A stretch of 64,000 nt of DNA from Candidatus Krumholzibacteriia bacterium (GTDB taxonomy: Bacteria; Krumholzibacteriota; Krumholzibacteriia; JAJRXK01). How positions within the stretch are numbered: position 1 is the stretch's first letter; each line of letters opens with the position of its first letter. Shown piece by piece: positions 47,712 through 57,292 of this stretch. The position numbers and the translations under genes were made by a program. Location of the stretch: positions 256,001-320,000 of the forward strand of contig JBGPIA010000002.1 of NCBI GenBank assembly GCA_041484665.1. Direction: 5' to 3'. Below the pieces are notes generated by a model. The model worked only from the letters and a program-made list of their open reading frames with translations. It was not told where the DNA came from and did not search any database.

Positions 47712-47745
47712 CTCGTGCTCCTCGGGCCGCCGCCGGGCGGCGCCC

Positions 47746-48210
47746 CTACTGGTGCTCTTCGACCTGGATCGTGCGCCGCTCCCCGAGGCGGCCCTTGCCC
47801 TTGGTCACCCTCACCAACAGGAACCCGGCGTTGTAGCGCGCCCGCGCCGTCGACGGGTCGACGTTGTCCGGCAGGCGGACGTGGCGCTCGAACGGCCCCA
47901 CCATGATTTCCATCTTATGGAAGTGCTTCTTGCCGGGAGGGGCGATGTTGCTGCGCACGCCGCGGATGATCAGGAACTCGTCGTCCACGTAGACCCCAAT
48001 GTCGGATCGGCGCATGCCGGCGAGGTCGATCTGGACAACGAACTCGTCGTCGGTCTCGTAGACGTCGGTGGCGGGACGCCAACTGAGATCGCCCTGCATC
48101 CCCACGGGCTTGTTGCTTCGCCCCGGCACTCCGAAGAAGAGCTCGAACAGATCCCCCATGTCGCTGGGGTCCTTGGCCCCGCGCGGCTGGGTCGGGTCGG
48201 CCTTGAGCAT
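47746..48210 (-). CDS. Hsp20/alpha-crystallin small heat-shock protein
   Basis: WRPATDVYET, GPFERHVRLP, ARYNAGFL; GGAGGAG SD. Confidence 0.9.
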   Translation of the reverse strand: MLKADPTQPRGAKDPSDMGDLFELFFGVPGRSNKPVGMQGDLSWRPATDVYETDDEFVVQIDLAGMRRSDIGVYVDDEFLIIRGVRSNIAPPGKKHFHKMEIMVGPFERHVRLPDNVDPSTARARYNAGFLLVRVTKGKGRLGERRTIQVEEHQ

Positions 48211-48291
48211 GGCTCCTCCGCTCGCGCCTGGATGGCGGATTGGTGCGCGCGACGGGTGTCCTCGAGGGCGTCGACGCGATGCTTGAAGGGC

Positions 48292-48320
48292 ATGGTAGGC
48301 AGAGCCCAAGGCGTCGTCAA
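48292..48320 (-). promoter_or_regulatory. Sigma-70 promoter of hsp20-lon
   Basis: TTGACG-N17-TACCAT. Confidence 0.65.
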
Positions 48321-48506
48321 CGTCGCCGCCGCTGCGGACTCCAACTGTTCGGGTTGCCGTCACCGCCGGCTTCGGTCGCCGTTCTCGCCGCCTGCTTGCT
48401 CGTCGACGCGCCTTTGGGACATCGTCGCGGGCGCGTGAGTCGTGTACCCTGGGGCTGCGCGGGACGGGCGCCCCCTGCTAGACCCCAGTCCCACAGGTGC
48501 GATCTC

Positions 48507-49493
48507 ATGGAGCGACCTTCCAGCCAGCCGGGTACGACCTCCGGGTGCGCCCTTCGCATCGGCCCGGCCGGCTGGAGCTATGAGGACTGGGTGGGCCGTG
48601 TCTACCCGCCCGCGCCCCCGCGGGGGTTCGACCGACTGGGCTGGATCGCCCGCTTCTTCGACGTCGTCGAGGTCAACGCGAGCTTCTACCGCATCCCGTC
48701 CCCCCGCACCGCGCAGGGGTGGATCGCGCGCGTCGCGCGACGCCCCGGCTTCCGCTTCACCGCCAAGCTGCACCAGAGCCTCACCCACGAGCGCGTGGCC
48801 GACGCGGCCATCGTCCACCAGATGCTCGAGTTCGTGCGGCCGCTGGAGGAGGCCGGGGCGCTGGGGCCCCTGCTGGCGCAGTTCCCATGGTCGCTGCGTC
48901 CCGATGCGACGGCGTTCGACTACCTGCGGCGCCTGCGCGACGCCTTCGGCGAGCGCCGTCTGGCGCTGGAGGTGCGCCACGGCGACTGGCAGGACGCGCA
49001 GGCGCAGTCCGCGGTGGCCACGCTCGGCTACGATCTGGTGAGCGTCGATCAGCCCCAGATCGGGCGCAGCCTCCCGCCGGACGTCCAGCGCACCGGTGAG
49101 ACGGGCTACGTACGCCTGCACGGCCGCAACCGGGCCGCGTGGTTCGCGAGGGACGCGGGGCGCGACGCGCGCTACGACTACCTCTACTCGCCAGACGAGC
49201 TGCAGGAATGGACCACGCGCATCGTGTCGCTCGCAGCCAGCACGCGCGAGACGTACGTGATCACGAACAACCACTTCGAGGGCAAGGCAGTGGCGAACGC
49301 GCTGGAGCTGCAGGGGCTGTTGGGGCTGCCGGTCCCGCAGGCGCCGCGCTGGATCCTCGAGCACTACCCGGCAGTGCGCGCCACGCTCGCGCGCCACGGA
49401 GCGCAGCCACAGCCCGTCGAGGCGACCGACGTGCCTGCACCCGATCGATCGCACGACGAGGCACCTGCGGGGCAGGGGCAGCTGTTCGGTTGA
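48507..49493 (+). CDS. DUF72 (YecE-like) protein
   Basis: IGPAGWSY, VEVNASFY, QFP, EVRH, YVRLHGRN, RYDYLYS, NNH. Confidence 0.92.
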   Translation: MERPSSQPGTTSGCALRIGPAGWSYEDWVGRVYPPAPPRGFDRLGWIARFFDVVEVNASFYRIPSPRTAQGWIARVARRPGFRFTAKLHQSLTHERVADAAIVHQMLEFVRPLEEAGALGPLLAQFPWSLRPDATAFDYLRRLRDAFGERRLALEVRHGDWQDAQAQSAVATLGYDLVSVDQPQIGRSLPPDVQRTGETGYVRLHGRNRAAWFARDAGRDARYDYLYSPDELQEWTTRIVSLAASTRETYVITNNHFEGKAVANALELQGLLGLPVPQAPRWILEHYPAVRATLARHGAQPQPVEATDVPAPDRSHDEAPAGQGQLFG

Positions 49494-49511
49494 ACGCCTC
49501 CTTGCATCGCC

Positions 49512-49869
49512 GCTGACCGCACCCCGGCCAGCCCCCAAGAGAGCCTGGGTGTCTCCAGCCCCTTGGCCCCTGCGGTCTCCGCTCAACGTCCTCGCCCCGC
49601 GGCAACCTGCTCGTAGCAGCACACCGCTGACGGCCCCCGAATCCACGCGCTCTCCGAGCGACTCTCCGCAGCCCGCCGGCCGATTCCCGGGTTCATCGGC
49701 CGGCGGGCGAGGACTGTCGCGAGGGGAGCGCGTGGAGCCGGGGGCCCGTGAACGGCGTGCCCCAACGGACCGATGGCCGCGGGGCTGCGGAGTGTCGCGC
49801 GGAGACCGCAGGGGCCAAGGGGCTGGGCACGCGCCAGCGGTTCGAAGGGCTGGCCGGGGCGGGGTCAGC
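49512..49869. repeat. ~360-nt imperfect inverted repeat (long hairpin) between convergent DUF72 and lexA
   Basis: Arms 49512-49684 and 49695-49869, 10-nt loop, includes a perfect 28-bp stem 49555-49582/49799-49826. Confidence 0.9.
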
Positions 49870-50467
49870 TGTACTTGCGCAGGATGCCCAGGACGATGCC
49901 ATGGATCCTCACGCGGCGGCGCTCGAGGCGCTGCGGCGCCGTTCCGTCGCCCGATGGCTCCAGGCGCACCGCGTTTCCTTCGCGATAGAAGCGCTTGACC
50001 GCCGCCTGCGTGTCGTCGATCAGCGCCAGCACCAACTCGCCGTCGCGCGGCTCGTCACGCTGCTCGAGCACGACGAAGTCACCATCGCGCATGCTCTCCC
50101 CCCGCAGCGAGTCGCCGTGCACCAGGAGGACGAAGGCCGCGCCGTGCCCGAGCATGTCCTCGGGCACCGCGACGCTCATCGCATCGGAGGTCGTCTCGAC
50201 CGGATGGCCGGCGCTGACGCGTCCCAGCAGCGGGACGCGCCGCGCCTTGCCGTCGGTCTGGCTGAGCACCTCGATCGCGCGGCTGCGATTCCACTGCCGG
50301 CGGATGACCCCCTTCTCCTCGAGGGCCTTGAGGTGCTTGTGCACAGTCCCAACGGAGGAGAGGTCAAAGTGCGCGGCGATCTCCTCCAGGCTCGGAGCGA
50401 ATCCCTGCACGGCGATGGTCTTGCGCAGATAGTCCAGGAGCTGCGACTGGCGCTTGGTGAGAAACAC
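49865..50467 (-). CDS. lexA: SOS repressor LexA
   Basis: LTKRQ, PSLEEIA, VHKHL, RAIE, GRVSAG cleavage site, GDS serine, VKR lysine. Confidence 0.93.
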   Translation of the reverse strand: MFLTKRQSQLLDYLRKTIAVQGFAPSLEEIAAHFDLSSVGTVHKHLKALEEKGVIRRQWNRSRAIEVLSQTDGKARRVPLLGRVSAGHPVETTSDAMSVAVPEDMLGHGAAFVLLVHGDSLRGESMRDGDFVVLEQRDEPRDGELVLALIDDTQAAVKRFYREGNAVRLEPSGDGTAPQRLERRRVRIHGIVLGILRKYS

Positions 50468-50613
50468 AGATGTCCCTTCCGCAATCGGCGAGGCACGGCG
50501 GCCGTGCGGCCGTGCACGCAGGGGATACGCGCGCTGCGCGCTCTCCGCGTTGGGTGTGCGGCGCTCCATCGCCGCTTCCGGATGTGGTGCCGGTCATCCT
50601 TGGGAGCCCACTG

Positions 50614-50643
50614 AGCATAGGTGAACAAAAACAGAATGCGCAA
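50614..50643 (-). promoter_or_regulatory. lexA promoter with candidate direct-repeat SOS box in the spacer
   Basis: TTGCGC-N18-TATGCT; ATTC-N7-GTTC (plus strand GAAC-N7-GAAT, 50623-50637). Confidence 0.6.
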
Positions 50644-50706
50644 CCCACTGCTTCGATGCCCCGGGAACAGGCCGGCTGGGCGGGCGATCGGCCCCCGCTG
50701 GCCGGC

Positions 50707-52989
50707 TCAGCGCACCAGCACCATCCGCTGGGCTCCGCCGGCGCTCGTCCGGCCGTCGTCGGCGCGAAAGTGAGCGTAGTAGACACCGCTCGCCGCGTCC
50801 GCCCCACGCGCATCGCGGCCATCCCAGCGCAGCGCGTGCTCCCCGGCCGCCCACAGCGCGCCGTCGCTCAAGGTGCACACGGTCCGCCCGGCGGCGTCGA
50901 CCACGCGCAGCTCGACGCGCGCCGGGCGGCGCAGCGTCAGCGCGAGCACGACCGCCGGATTGAACGGATTGGGGCGCGGCACCGCAAGGGTGGCCCAGGG
51001 CAAGAGCGGCGCCGCAACGTCCAGACGGGCCAGCTCCACGCCCTGCGACAGCAACCGGATCGCCACGGCGCCGTCGGGCAGAGACTCACGTCCCAGCAGC
51101 AGCGCTTCGCCGCGCAACTCGCGCAACAGCTGCCAGCCCGCAGGACCCGCGGCTCGCCACTGCAGCTCGGCGTGCAGGGCAAGCCCTCGGGGGACGTCCC
51201 AGACCACCCACCCCGCGTCGAGGCGAAGCGCCGCCTCGCGCACGGCGGTGCCGGTCGCCGGGTGGAACACGAACCCGTCGCTGCTGCGCACGTGCCCCTG
51301 GGGATCCTGGGCGAGCACTCGCCAGGCGATCGTGGGCCCCGGGAAGGCAGCGATCGCCCGCGCGGTGTCCGTCCCAGCCGGCCACAGCGCCAGCGTGTCG
51401 GCGAACGCCAGCGAGCTGGCGGCGTGGACCGTGTAGGTCACGGCGCTTTGGGTCTGCAGATCGACGGCGATGTGCCAGCGAAACGTCTCGGGCCCGCCCG
51501 CTCCGTGCGCGCTGTCGGCCGGAGCCAGGAGCGAGAACGGCAGCGGCCACTGCGGCGCAGCAACAGTGAAGCACGCGTCGTACGCCTGCAGGATGCCCCA
51601 ACCCAGGGTGTTGTCCGGCGAGGCGTGCTGGGTGGCCGTTGCGCGCAGCGCGCTGCCCACCTGGACCGGGTTCCACTCCGGATGCGCCTCCAGCAGCAAC
51701 GCCGCCGCGCCGGCCGCCAGCGGAGTCGCCAGCGACGTGCCGCTGGCGTCACCGTAGCCGCCCGCGGCGCGGGCCCAGCGCGTGGTCACGCCGCGCGCGC
51801 ACAGGTCGGGCTTGATGCGCCCGTCGGCCGTCGGCCCGCGGCTGCTGAAGTTGGCGATCGCTCCGTCGACATCCACCGCACCGATGGAGAGCACGCTGTC
51901 GCCGTCGGCCGGCGTGCCCAGCGACGTCGCCCCCGGACCGGCATTGCCCATGGCGCAGATGGACACCACGCCGAGCGCGACCGCGGCGTCCATCGCGCGC
52001 GTCGTCTTTCCCGTGTTGCCGTCGAGCTGGCTAGGCGTGTAACCCGTGCTGTCGTCGAAGGCGCTGTAACTGAGGGAGGCCGTGGCAACGTCGGCACCCA
52101 GTGCCTCTCCCCACTCCAGGCCCGCCACGAAATGGTCCTCTTCGCTGCGGACCTCGGCAGGAACGTACTCGGTCTTGGCCAGCAGCACGCTGGCGCCATA
52201 GGCGGGCCCGATCAGCTCGCCCAAAGCGTCGCCCGCGACCACCGCCAGCACGCCTGTCCCGTGGTTGTGCTGCCCGGGCACGTCGGCGGCCTCGTCGGCG
52301 GTCTGGCCGTCGTTGAAGACGAAGTCGTACTGGGCGCGCACGTCCAGGCGCGTGAACGCCTCGTGCGCGATGCGAAAGCCGGTGTCCAGAACCAGCACCG
52401 TCACTCCCCGCCCACTGAGCCCGGCGGCGTGGAGCCGGTCGATCTGGATCTGGGTGAGCTGGGCCGCAGCGAGACCGTAGTCGAGCCCGGCGACGCTCGC
52501 TCCCGCCAGTTGCGGCCGGGCCGTCACCGGGAGCTCTTTTGGCAGGCGCGCGCGCAGGCGCGCCACAGGCCGCAGCGCCGCCGCCCCGAAGCGTGCGCGC
52601 AGGGCGGCCTGCGCGCCGGGCGTCAGCTCCAGGCTGACGGCGGAGAGCCAACGGCTCACGTGCCGGACGTGCGACGCGTACGGTAGCACCGAGCGCAACG
52701 CGGCCGGATCCGGCCCACGGGAGAGCTCTTCGATGCGCCGCGCATCGCCGCGCAGATCGCGCCGGCGCAGCGCCTGCGCGGTGGGCACGGGCGGGTAGGG
52801 CAGATCGCGCGGCTCGGGGTCTCCGGGGCGCGCGCGGGGCAGATCGAGCCAGAACGCGCGAGGCGCGGGCGCGTCTGCAGCCGCGGCGCCAACCGTGCGC
52901 GCAGGTGAGCGCGCCGCAAAGGACAGCAGCACGACGAACACTAAGAGCAGCGTTGCGGCCGGCAGCCGCCTAGGCGGGGTTGGCCGCAT
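50707..52989 (-). CDS. Secreted S8 serine peptidase with C-terminal FlgD-Ig/T9SS-like domain
   Basis: Signal peptide, LDTG, HGT, GTSLA catalytic triad; PNPFNP...WDGRD...SGVY...MVLVR tail. Confidence 0.92.
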   Translation of the reverse strand: MRPTPPRRLPAATLLLVFVVLLSFAARSPARTVGAAAADAPAPRAFWLDLPRARPGDPEPRDLPYPPVPTAQALRRRDLRGDARRIEELSRGPDPAALRSVLPYASHVRHVSRWLSAVSLELTPGAQAALRARFGAAALRPVARLRARLPKELPVTARPQLAGASVAGLDYGLAAAQLTQIQIDRLHAAGLSGRGVTVLVLDTGFRIAHEAFTRLDVRAQYDFVFNDGQTADEAADVPGQHNHGTGVLAVVAGDALGELIGPAYGASVLLAKTEYVPAEVRSEEDHFVAGLEWGEALGADVATASLSYSAFDDSTGYTPSQLDGNTGKTTRAMDAAVALGVVSICAMGNAGPGATSLGTPADGDSVLSIGAVDVDGAIANFSSRGPTADGRIKPDLCARGVTTRWARAAGGYGDASGTSLATPLAAGAAALLLEAHPEWNPVQVGSALRATATQHASPDNTLGWGILQAYDACFTVAAPQWPLPFSLLAPADSAHGAGGPETFRWHIAVDLQTQSAVTYTVHAASSLAFADTLALWPAGTDTARAIAAFPGPTIAWRVLAQDPQGHVRSSDGFVFHPATGTAVREAALRLDAGWVVWDVPRGLALHAELQWRAAGPAGWQLLRELRGEALLLGRESLPDGAVAIRLLSQGVELARLDVAAPLLPWATLAVPRPNPFNPAVVLALTLRRPARVELRVVDAAGRTVCTLSDGALWAAGEHALRWDGRDARGADAASGVYYAHFRADDGRTSAGGAQRMVLVR

Positions 52990-53296
52990 GCTGGAGCCCC
53001 CGACGTTCGAGGATCATTCCGAGGGCGCGACGATTGGCCCGCGGCCGATGCAGCGTCCCGGCGGGCACCAGGAACGCGTCGCCTTGGCGCAGGACGTACG
53101 ACTGGCCGTCCACCTCCATGATTAGCTCCCCCTCGAGCACGTAGATGAACTCGTCGGCCGAGTGGCTGTGCTCGACGTAGGCTCCGTTGTAGGCCACCAC
53201 GAACACGTGGTAGCCCCCATCGATGGAGCACAGGTCATGGGGACGGAAGGTGCCCTCGAGATTGCGCGCGACGCGCAGGGCGGGGATTTTCGGCAT
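52970..53296 (-). CDS. Cupin domain protein
   Basis: HSH..DEFIYVLEG, VPAGTLHRP. Confidence 0.85.
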   Translation of the reverse strand: MPKIPALRVARNLEGTFRPHDLCSIDGGYHVFVVAYNGAYVEHSHSADEFIYVLEGELIMEVDGQSYVLRQGDAFLVPAGTLHRPRANRRALGMILERRGLQHAANPA

Positions 53297-53315
53297 GGTG
53301 GGGCGCAGCGTCGCG

Positions 53316-54359
53316 TCAGGGGCTGCTCCCCAGCGCGCTCAGCTTGTGCTCGGCGATGGCCGCCTCGTCGGTTCCTGGATGTTCGTGGCGGAGCTTGCGG
53401 AACGCTTCGATCGCCTGCTCCTGCTCGCCGAGCTCGAGATGGCAGTACCCGGTCTTCAGCAGGCCAGCGGCAAGTATATCACTGCTGGGATACTGCTGCA
53501 AAACCTGCATGAAGCGCGTCAGCGCCTCGCGGTACTTGCCCTGCGCGTACCACGTCTCACCCAGCCAGTAGGTGGCGTCGGCGGCGAGCTCGCTCTGCGG
53601 AAAGCGCCGCAGCACCTCTTCGAAGCCGTCGCGGGCGAGGGCGTAGCTGCCCCGGGCGAAGTCGCGCGTGGCGGCGTTGTAGACGGTCACCCCCGAAGAG
53701 CCTTCCGGGTCCGCCTTGACGATCTCCACGGGGATCGCGCCCGTATCGGACGGAGCGCTGGCAGTGCTTTGGGCCCCCGCCGGGCTTGCGGGGGCCGTGG
53801 CGCCCGCGGGGCCCGTGGCGCCCGCGTTCCCCGCCGGCGTCGGTTTGGGCGGGCTGGCGCGAGGCTCGGCCGGCGAGGACGGGGCGCTGCCGGCCGACGC
53901 CTGCTGTTTGCCTCCCTTGCTGGCGCCCGCGGGCGCTGCGCCTGCAGGGGAGGCGGGCGGCGAAGGGCTCGTGGCCTGGGGTGCCGGGCGCCCGGGCCCC
54001 GCGGGAGTCTGGCCGAGCAGGTCGACCCCCGCGCTCATGCGGCGCAGGAGCGCCTCCTGCTCCTCCGAGCGCGCGGCCAGCTGCTCGAGGGAGCGCTCCA
54101 GCGCTCCCAGACGCTGGAGCAGCTCCGCGCGCTTCTCGGTGTCCGTCGCCGCCTCGCTCTGCAACGCCTTGCGCAACTCGGCCACCTGCGAGGCCAGAGC
54201 CTGCTGCTGCTGGTCGAGGCGCGCGGTCGTTTGCGCGATCTCGTCGAGCTGCAGCTCCATGCGCCGCATCTGACCGGCGCATCCCGCCAGCAGCGGCAAC
54301 AGCGCCGCCACCGCGAGCGCTGCGCGCTTGCTGCCCCTGGTCGCCGCGGGCGCTCCCAC
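53316..54359 (-). CDS. cpoB: Tol-Pal protein CpoB/YbgF
   Basis: LAGC lipobox, coiled coil, Pro/Ala linker, TPR ATYWLGETWY; follows pal. Confidence 0.88.
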   Translation of the reverse strand: MGAPAATRGSKRAALAVAALLPLLAGCAGQMRRMELQLDEIAQTTARLDQQQQALASQVAELRKALQSEAATDTEKRAELLQRLGALERSLEQLAARSEEQEALLRRMSAGVDLLGQTPAGPGRPAPQATSPSPPASPAGAAPAGASKGGKQQASAGSAPSSPAEPRASPPKPTPAGNAGATGPAGATAPASPAGAQSTASAPSDTGAIPVEIVKADPEGSSGVTVYNAATRDFARGSYALARDGFEEVLRRFPQSELAADATYWLGETWYAQGKYREALTRFMQVLQQYPSSDILAAGLLKTGYCHLELGEQEQAIEAFRKLRHEHPGTDEAAIAEHKLSALGSSP

Positions 54360-54363
54360 GGCG

Positions 54364-54951
54364 CTAGTGTCCCGTGCCTTGCGGCACGAACTGGGCGCGG
54401 CGATTCTGCGCCCAGGACGCTTCGTCGTGTCCCGGCGCGAAGGGCCGCGACTTGCCGTAGCTCACGACGTCCAAGTGCCCCGCGTCGACACCCAGGTCGG
54501 CGAGATACTGCTTCGCGCTACGCGCCCGCTTCTCCCCCAGCGCCAGGTTGTACTGCACGGTGCCGCGCTCATCGCAGTGCCCCTCGATCATGACGCGCAC
54601 GCCGGCCATCTCCTTCATGATGCGCCCGTTCTGGGCCAGCGTGCCCCGCGCCTCCTCGCTCAGATCATCCTTGTCGAAGTCGAAGAAGACCGGCTTGAGG
54701 CCGAGGTCGGCCGGACGGACCTCCTCCGCCTTGGGCCGCTCGTCGACCACGGGAATGTCGTTCTTGGGCACCTGCACGGGCGCCGGCGGCGCGGCCGGCT
54801 GCGTCACCGTCGGGTCGGTCTTGACCGGCTGTTTCTTCGAGCACCCGGCCAGCCCGAAGGCGGCCGCCAGGCCGGCGGCCAACAGCAGTCCCGCCCACAT
54901 GCGGCGGGTCGCCGCGGCGCCCCTTTTCACACGAACCACGTTTCGGCTCAT
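54364..54951 (-). CDS. pal: Peptidoglycan-associated lipoprotein
   Basis: LAGC lipobox, FFDFD, EGHCDERGT..YNLALG, SYGK, NRRA. Confidence 0.95.
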   Translation of the reverse strand: MSRNVVRVKRGAAATRRMWAGLLLAAGLAAAFGLAGCSKKQPVKTDPTVTQPAAPPAPVQVPKNDIPVVDERPKAEEVRPADLGLKPVFFDFDKDDLSEEARGTLAQNGRIMKEMAGVRVMIEGHCDERGTVQYNLALGEKRARSAKQYLADLGVDAGHLDVVSYGKSRPFAPGHDEASWAQNRRAQFVPQGTGH

Positions 54952-55020
54952 CGTCTCTCCTTGATCTCGATCCATGGGTTCTTCGCTCCGAGACTCGTCG
55001 ACCGCTTCCATTGACTGCTT

Positions 55021-56451
55021 TCATTCGGACCCCAGCACCCGCGCCGTCGCGGCCGGCGGGCCGCCCCAGCTCGGGCCGGTGTCCTCCGCCCGCCCCCAGG
55101 TCAAGGGACGGGCCTCGCCCGACTCGACATCGATGACCCAGAGATTGGTGCTCCCCGACCGGTTGCTGCTGACCACAAGGTGCCGCCCGTCGGGCGCCCA
55201 GGACGGATCCTCGTTGTCGCGCTCCTGCGGGAAGGTGATCTGGTGCACATCGCTCCCATCGGGCTCCACGCTGAAGACCTGGAACTGGCCCTCCACGCGA
55301 CTGACGTAGGCGATGCGGTCGCCTTGCGGGGACCACGCTGCGCTGTCGTTGTACCGTCCGTCGAACGTGATCCGGCGCCGATTGGTCCCGTCGCGGTCCA
55401 TCACGTAGACCTGCGGGCTGCCGGTGCGGTCGCTGGTGAAGGCGATCTGCTGCCCGGTGGGGTCCCAGCACGGGCTGCACTCGATGGAGGGGTCGAAGGT
55501 CAGGCGCTGGATGATGTCGCCGTTGGGACGCACCCGATAGATCTCGGCGTTGCCGTCGCGAGAGAGGGTGACCGCCAGCTCAGTGCCGGCGGGCGACCAC
55601 GCCGCGCCCACATTGAGCCCGTCGAAATCGGCCACACGCGTGCTGCGGCCGGTCGCCGTGTCCAGGACGAGCAAGCGCTGCCGGCCGCGGAAGTAGGACG
55701 TGTAGGCGATGCGGGCCAGGTCGGGCGACCAGCGCGGCGTCAAATTGAGGCTGGCATTGCGCGTGACCTGGCGGATGTTCTCACCGTCGTAATCCACCAG
55801 GTAGAGCTCGCGCACCTCGCCGCTGCCGCGGCTGAAGAGGACTCGCGTCTGAGCGATCCCTGGCTCCCCGGTGAGCTGCAGCACCACCTCGTCGGCAAAG
55901 TGGTGCGCGCTGCGCATGGCATCGGCCAGATCGACGGTGTACCGCTTGCCTGCTTTCTGGATCACGCCGCCGGGCTCCAGCAGCCTTCCCGTCCAGACCA
56001 TCCGTGCCGGATCGTCCCCTTCCAGCCTCAGGGCGACGACGAACGCCTCGGCGGTCCCCGACGCGTCCCCCGGGTCGCCGGCCGCCGCGCGCCCGCGCGG
56101 CGAGGCCACGCCATCGGGGAGCGGCTCGGCGACGGCGATCAGCCCCGTGTAGTGGAGGTCGCGCACGACGCGCTCGGCCAGCTGCCTGGCTCCGTCCCGC
56201 GCCCGCGGCTCGCGGCTGTCCACCTCCAGCGGCGCGAGCTGCACGCGCACCTTCTGCAGGGCGCGCCGCTCCACCCCCAGCCGGATCGCGTCGCCCGCCG
56301 GCCGGGCCTGCGCGGGCGCGGCCGCGCACAGGAGGCACGCCGCGGCGAGCATCCGCGCCGCGCGCGGGTCGCCGCCGACGTTCTGCCACGGTCGTCTCAA
56401 CGTCTCTCCTCTGGCGCTGCGCGGCGCGCGATCGCGCGCCGCGCGGGCCAT
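55021..56451 (-). CDS. tolB: TolB
   Basis: AHHFADEV, DYDGEN, repeated PD40 WSP motifs. Confidence 0.9.
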   Translation of the reverse strand: MARAARDRAPRSARGETLRRPWQNVGGDPRAARMLAAACLLCAAAPAQARPAGDAIRLGVERRALQKVRVQLAPLEVDSREPRARDGARQLAERVVRDLHYTGLIAVAEPLPDGVASPRGRAAAGDPGDASGTAEAFVVALRLEGDDPARMVWTGRLLEPGGVIQKAGKRYTVDLADAMRSAHHFADEVVLQLTGEPGIAQTRVLFSRGSGEVRELYLVDYDGENIRQVTRNASLNLTPRWSPDLARIAYTSYFRGRQRLLVLDTATGRSTRVADFDGLNVGAAWSPAGTELAVTLSRDGNAEIYRVRPNGDIIQRLTFDPSIECSPCWDPTGQQIAFTSDRTGSPQVYVMDRDGTNRRRITFDGRYNDSAAWSPQGDRIAYVSRVEGQFQVFSVEPDGSDVHQITFPQERDNEDPSWAPDGRHLVVSSNRSGSTNLWVIDVESGEARPLTWGRAEDTGPSWGGPPAATARVLGSE

Positions 56452-56476
56452 GCCTCGTTCGCGCCGCGCGCGTGCG

Positions 56477-57268
56477 CTAGGGCCGATACGTGAACGTGAA
56501 CAGGATGCTCAGCCCGCCGGCGCGGAAACGCATCGGCGGCGGTGGCATCGGGCTCGACTCCGTCACGGCGCGCAGGGCTTCGCGGTCGAACACCGAGAGC
56601 TCGCTGCTCTGGACAATCGCCACATCCAACACCTCTCCGCCGGGTCCGATGCGGAAGCCCACGACGGCCTCGGCGAACGTGCGCCCGGACGCGCTCGCCG
56701 AGCTGGGCTGCCAGCGCCGGCCGATCTTGGTCTGCACCAGGCCCAGGTATGCGTCGCCGGCGCCCGACTCGCCGCGCGCCATCACACTGCCGGCGCCTCC
56801 GACCGGCTGGGCCGCCGGCCCCGTCAGGTCGGCGCTCGCTGTGGCGGCGTCCGGCGCGGGTGCGCCCGGCTGCGCTTGCGCGTCTGGTGCCGGCGCGCTC
56901 TCCTGCGTCCCCGCCGGCTGGGGCTGCGGCGGCGGTGCCTGCTCGGCCGGCTTCTGCGCTGCCTCCGCCTTCGTCACCGGCTTCACCGGCCTGACCTCCT
57001 TCTTCTTGGGCGCAGGCTCGACGGGCTTGGGTGGGGTGGGCGTGGCGGCCGCGGGCTTGGGCTCGGACGGGGGCGCGGGCACCGCGACGGCCTTGGCCGA
57101 GGGCGCGGCGCCGGGCGAGCGGCCCAGCGGCAGGCTTGCCAGGCTCACGCGGATGGTCGTGAGGTCTTCGGGCGGCGGCGGCCGCGAGAGCGCCAGCGAT
57201 ACCGTCGCCAGCAGCGTCAGCGCCAGCGCATGCCCGGCGCAGGAGAAAAGCAGAGAGGTCGCTCTCAT
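56477..57268 (-). CDS. tolA: TolA/TonB-family energy transducer
   Basis: N-terminal TM with His, Pro/Lys/Ala linker, TonB-C domain (SS...FDREALRAV); between tolR and tolB. Confidence 0.8.
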   Translation of the reverse strand: MRATSLLFSCAGHALALTLLATVSLALSRPPPPEDLTTIRVSLASLPLGRSPGAAPSAKAVAVPAPPSEPKPAAATPTPPKPVEPAPKKKEVRPVKPVTKAEAAQKPAEQAPPPQPQPAGTQESAPAPDAQAQPGAPAPDAATASADLTGPAAQPVGGAGSVMARGESGAGDAYLGLVQTKIGRRWQPSSASASGRTFAEAVVGFRIGPGGEVLDVAIVQSSELSVFDREALRAVTESSPMPPPPMRFRAGGLSILFTFTYRP

Positions 57269-57292
57269 AACTGAAGCGTTCGCCCGCGGCGG

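Noticed and set aside
48211..48500. CIRCE or ROSE heat-shock element before hsp20-lon
   Set aside because: No TTAGCACTC-N9-GAGTGCTAA and no clear SD-occluding thermometer seen
49512..49869. 6S RNA or rho-independent terminator
   Set aside because: About twice typical 6S length and no U-tract; kept as an unexplained structure instead
53700..54010. Repeat-like GC-rich stretch in cpoB (also the tolA linker and the 12-bp duplication near 60124-60151)
   Set aside because: Encodes ordinary low-complexity Pro/Ala/Ser/Thr linkers
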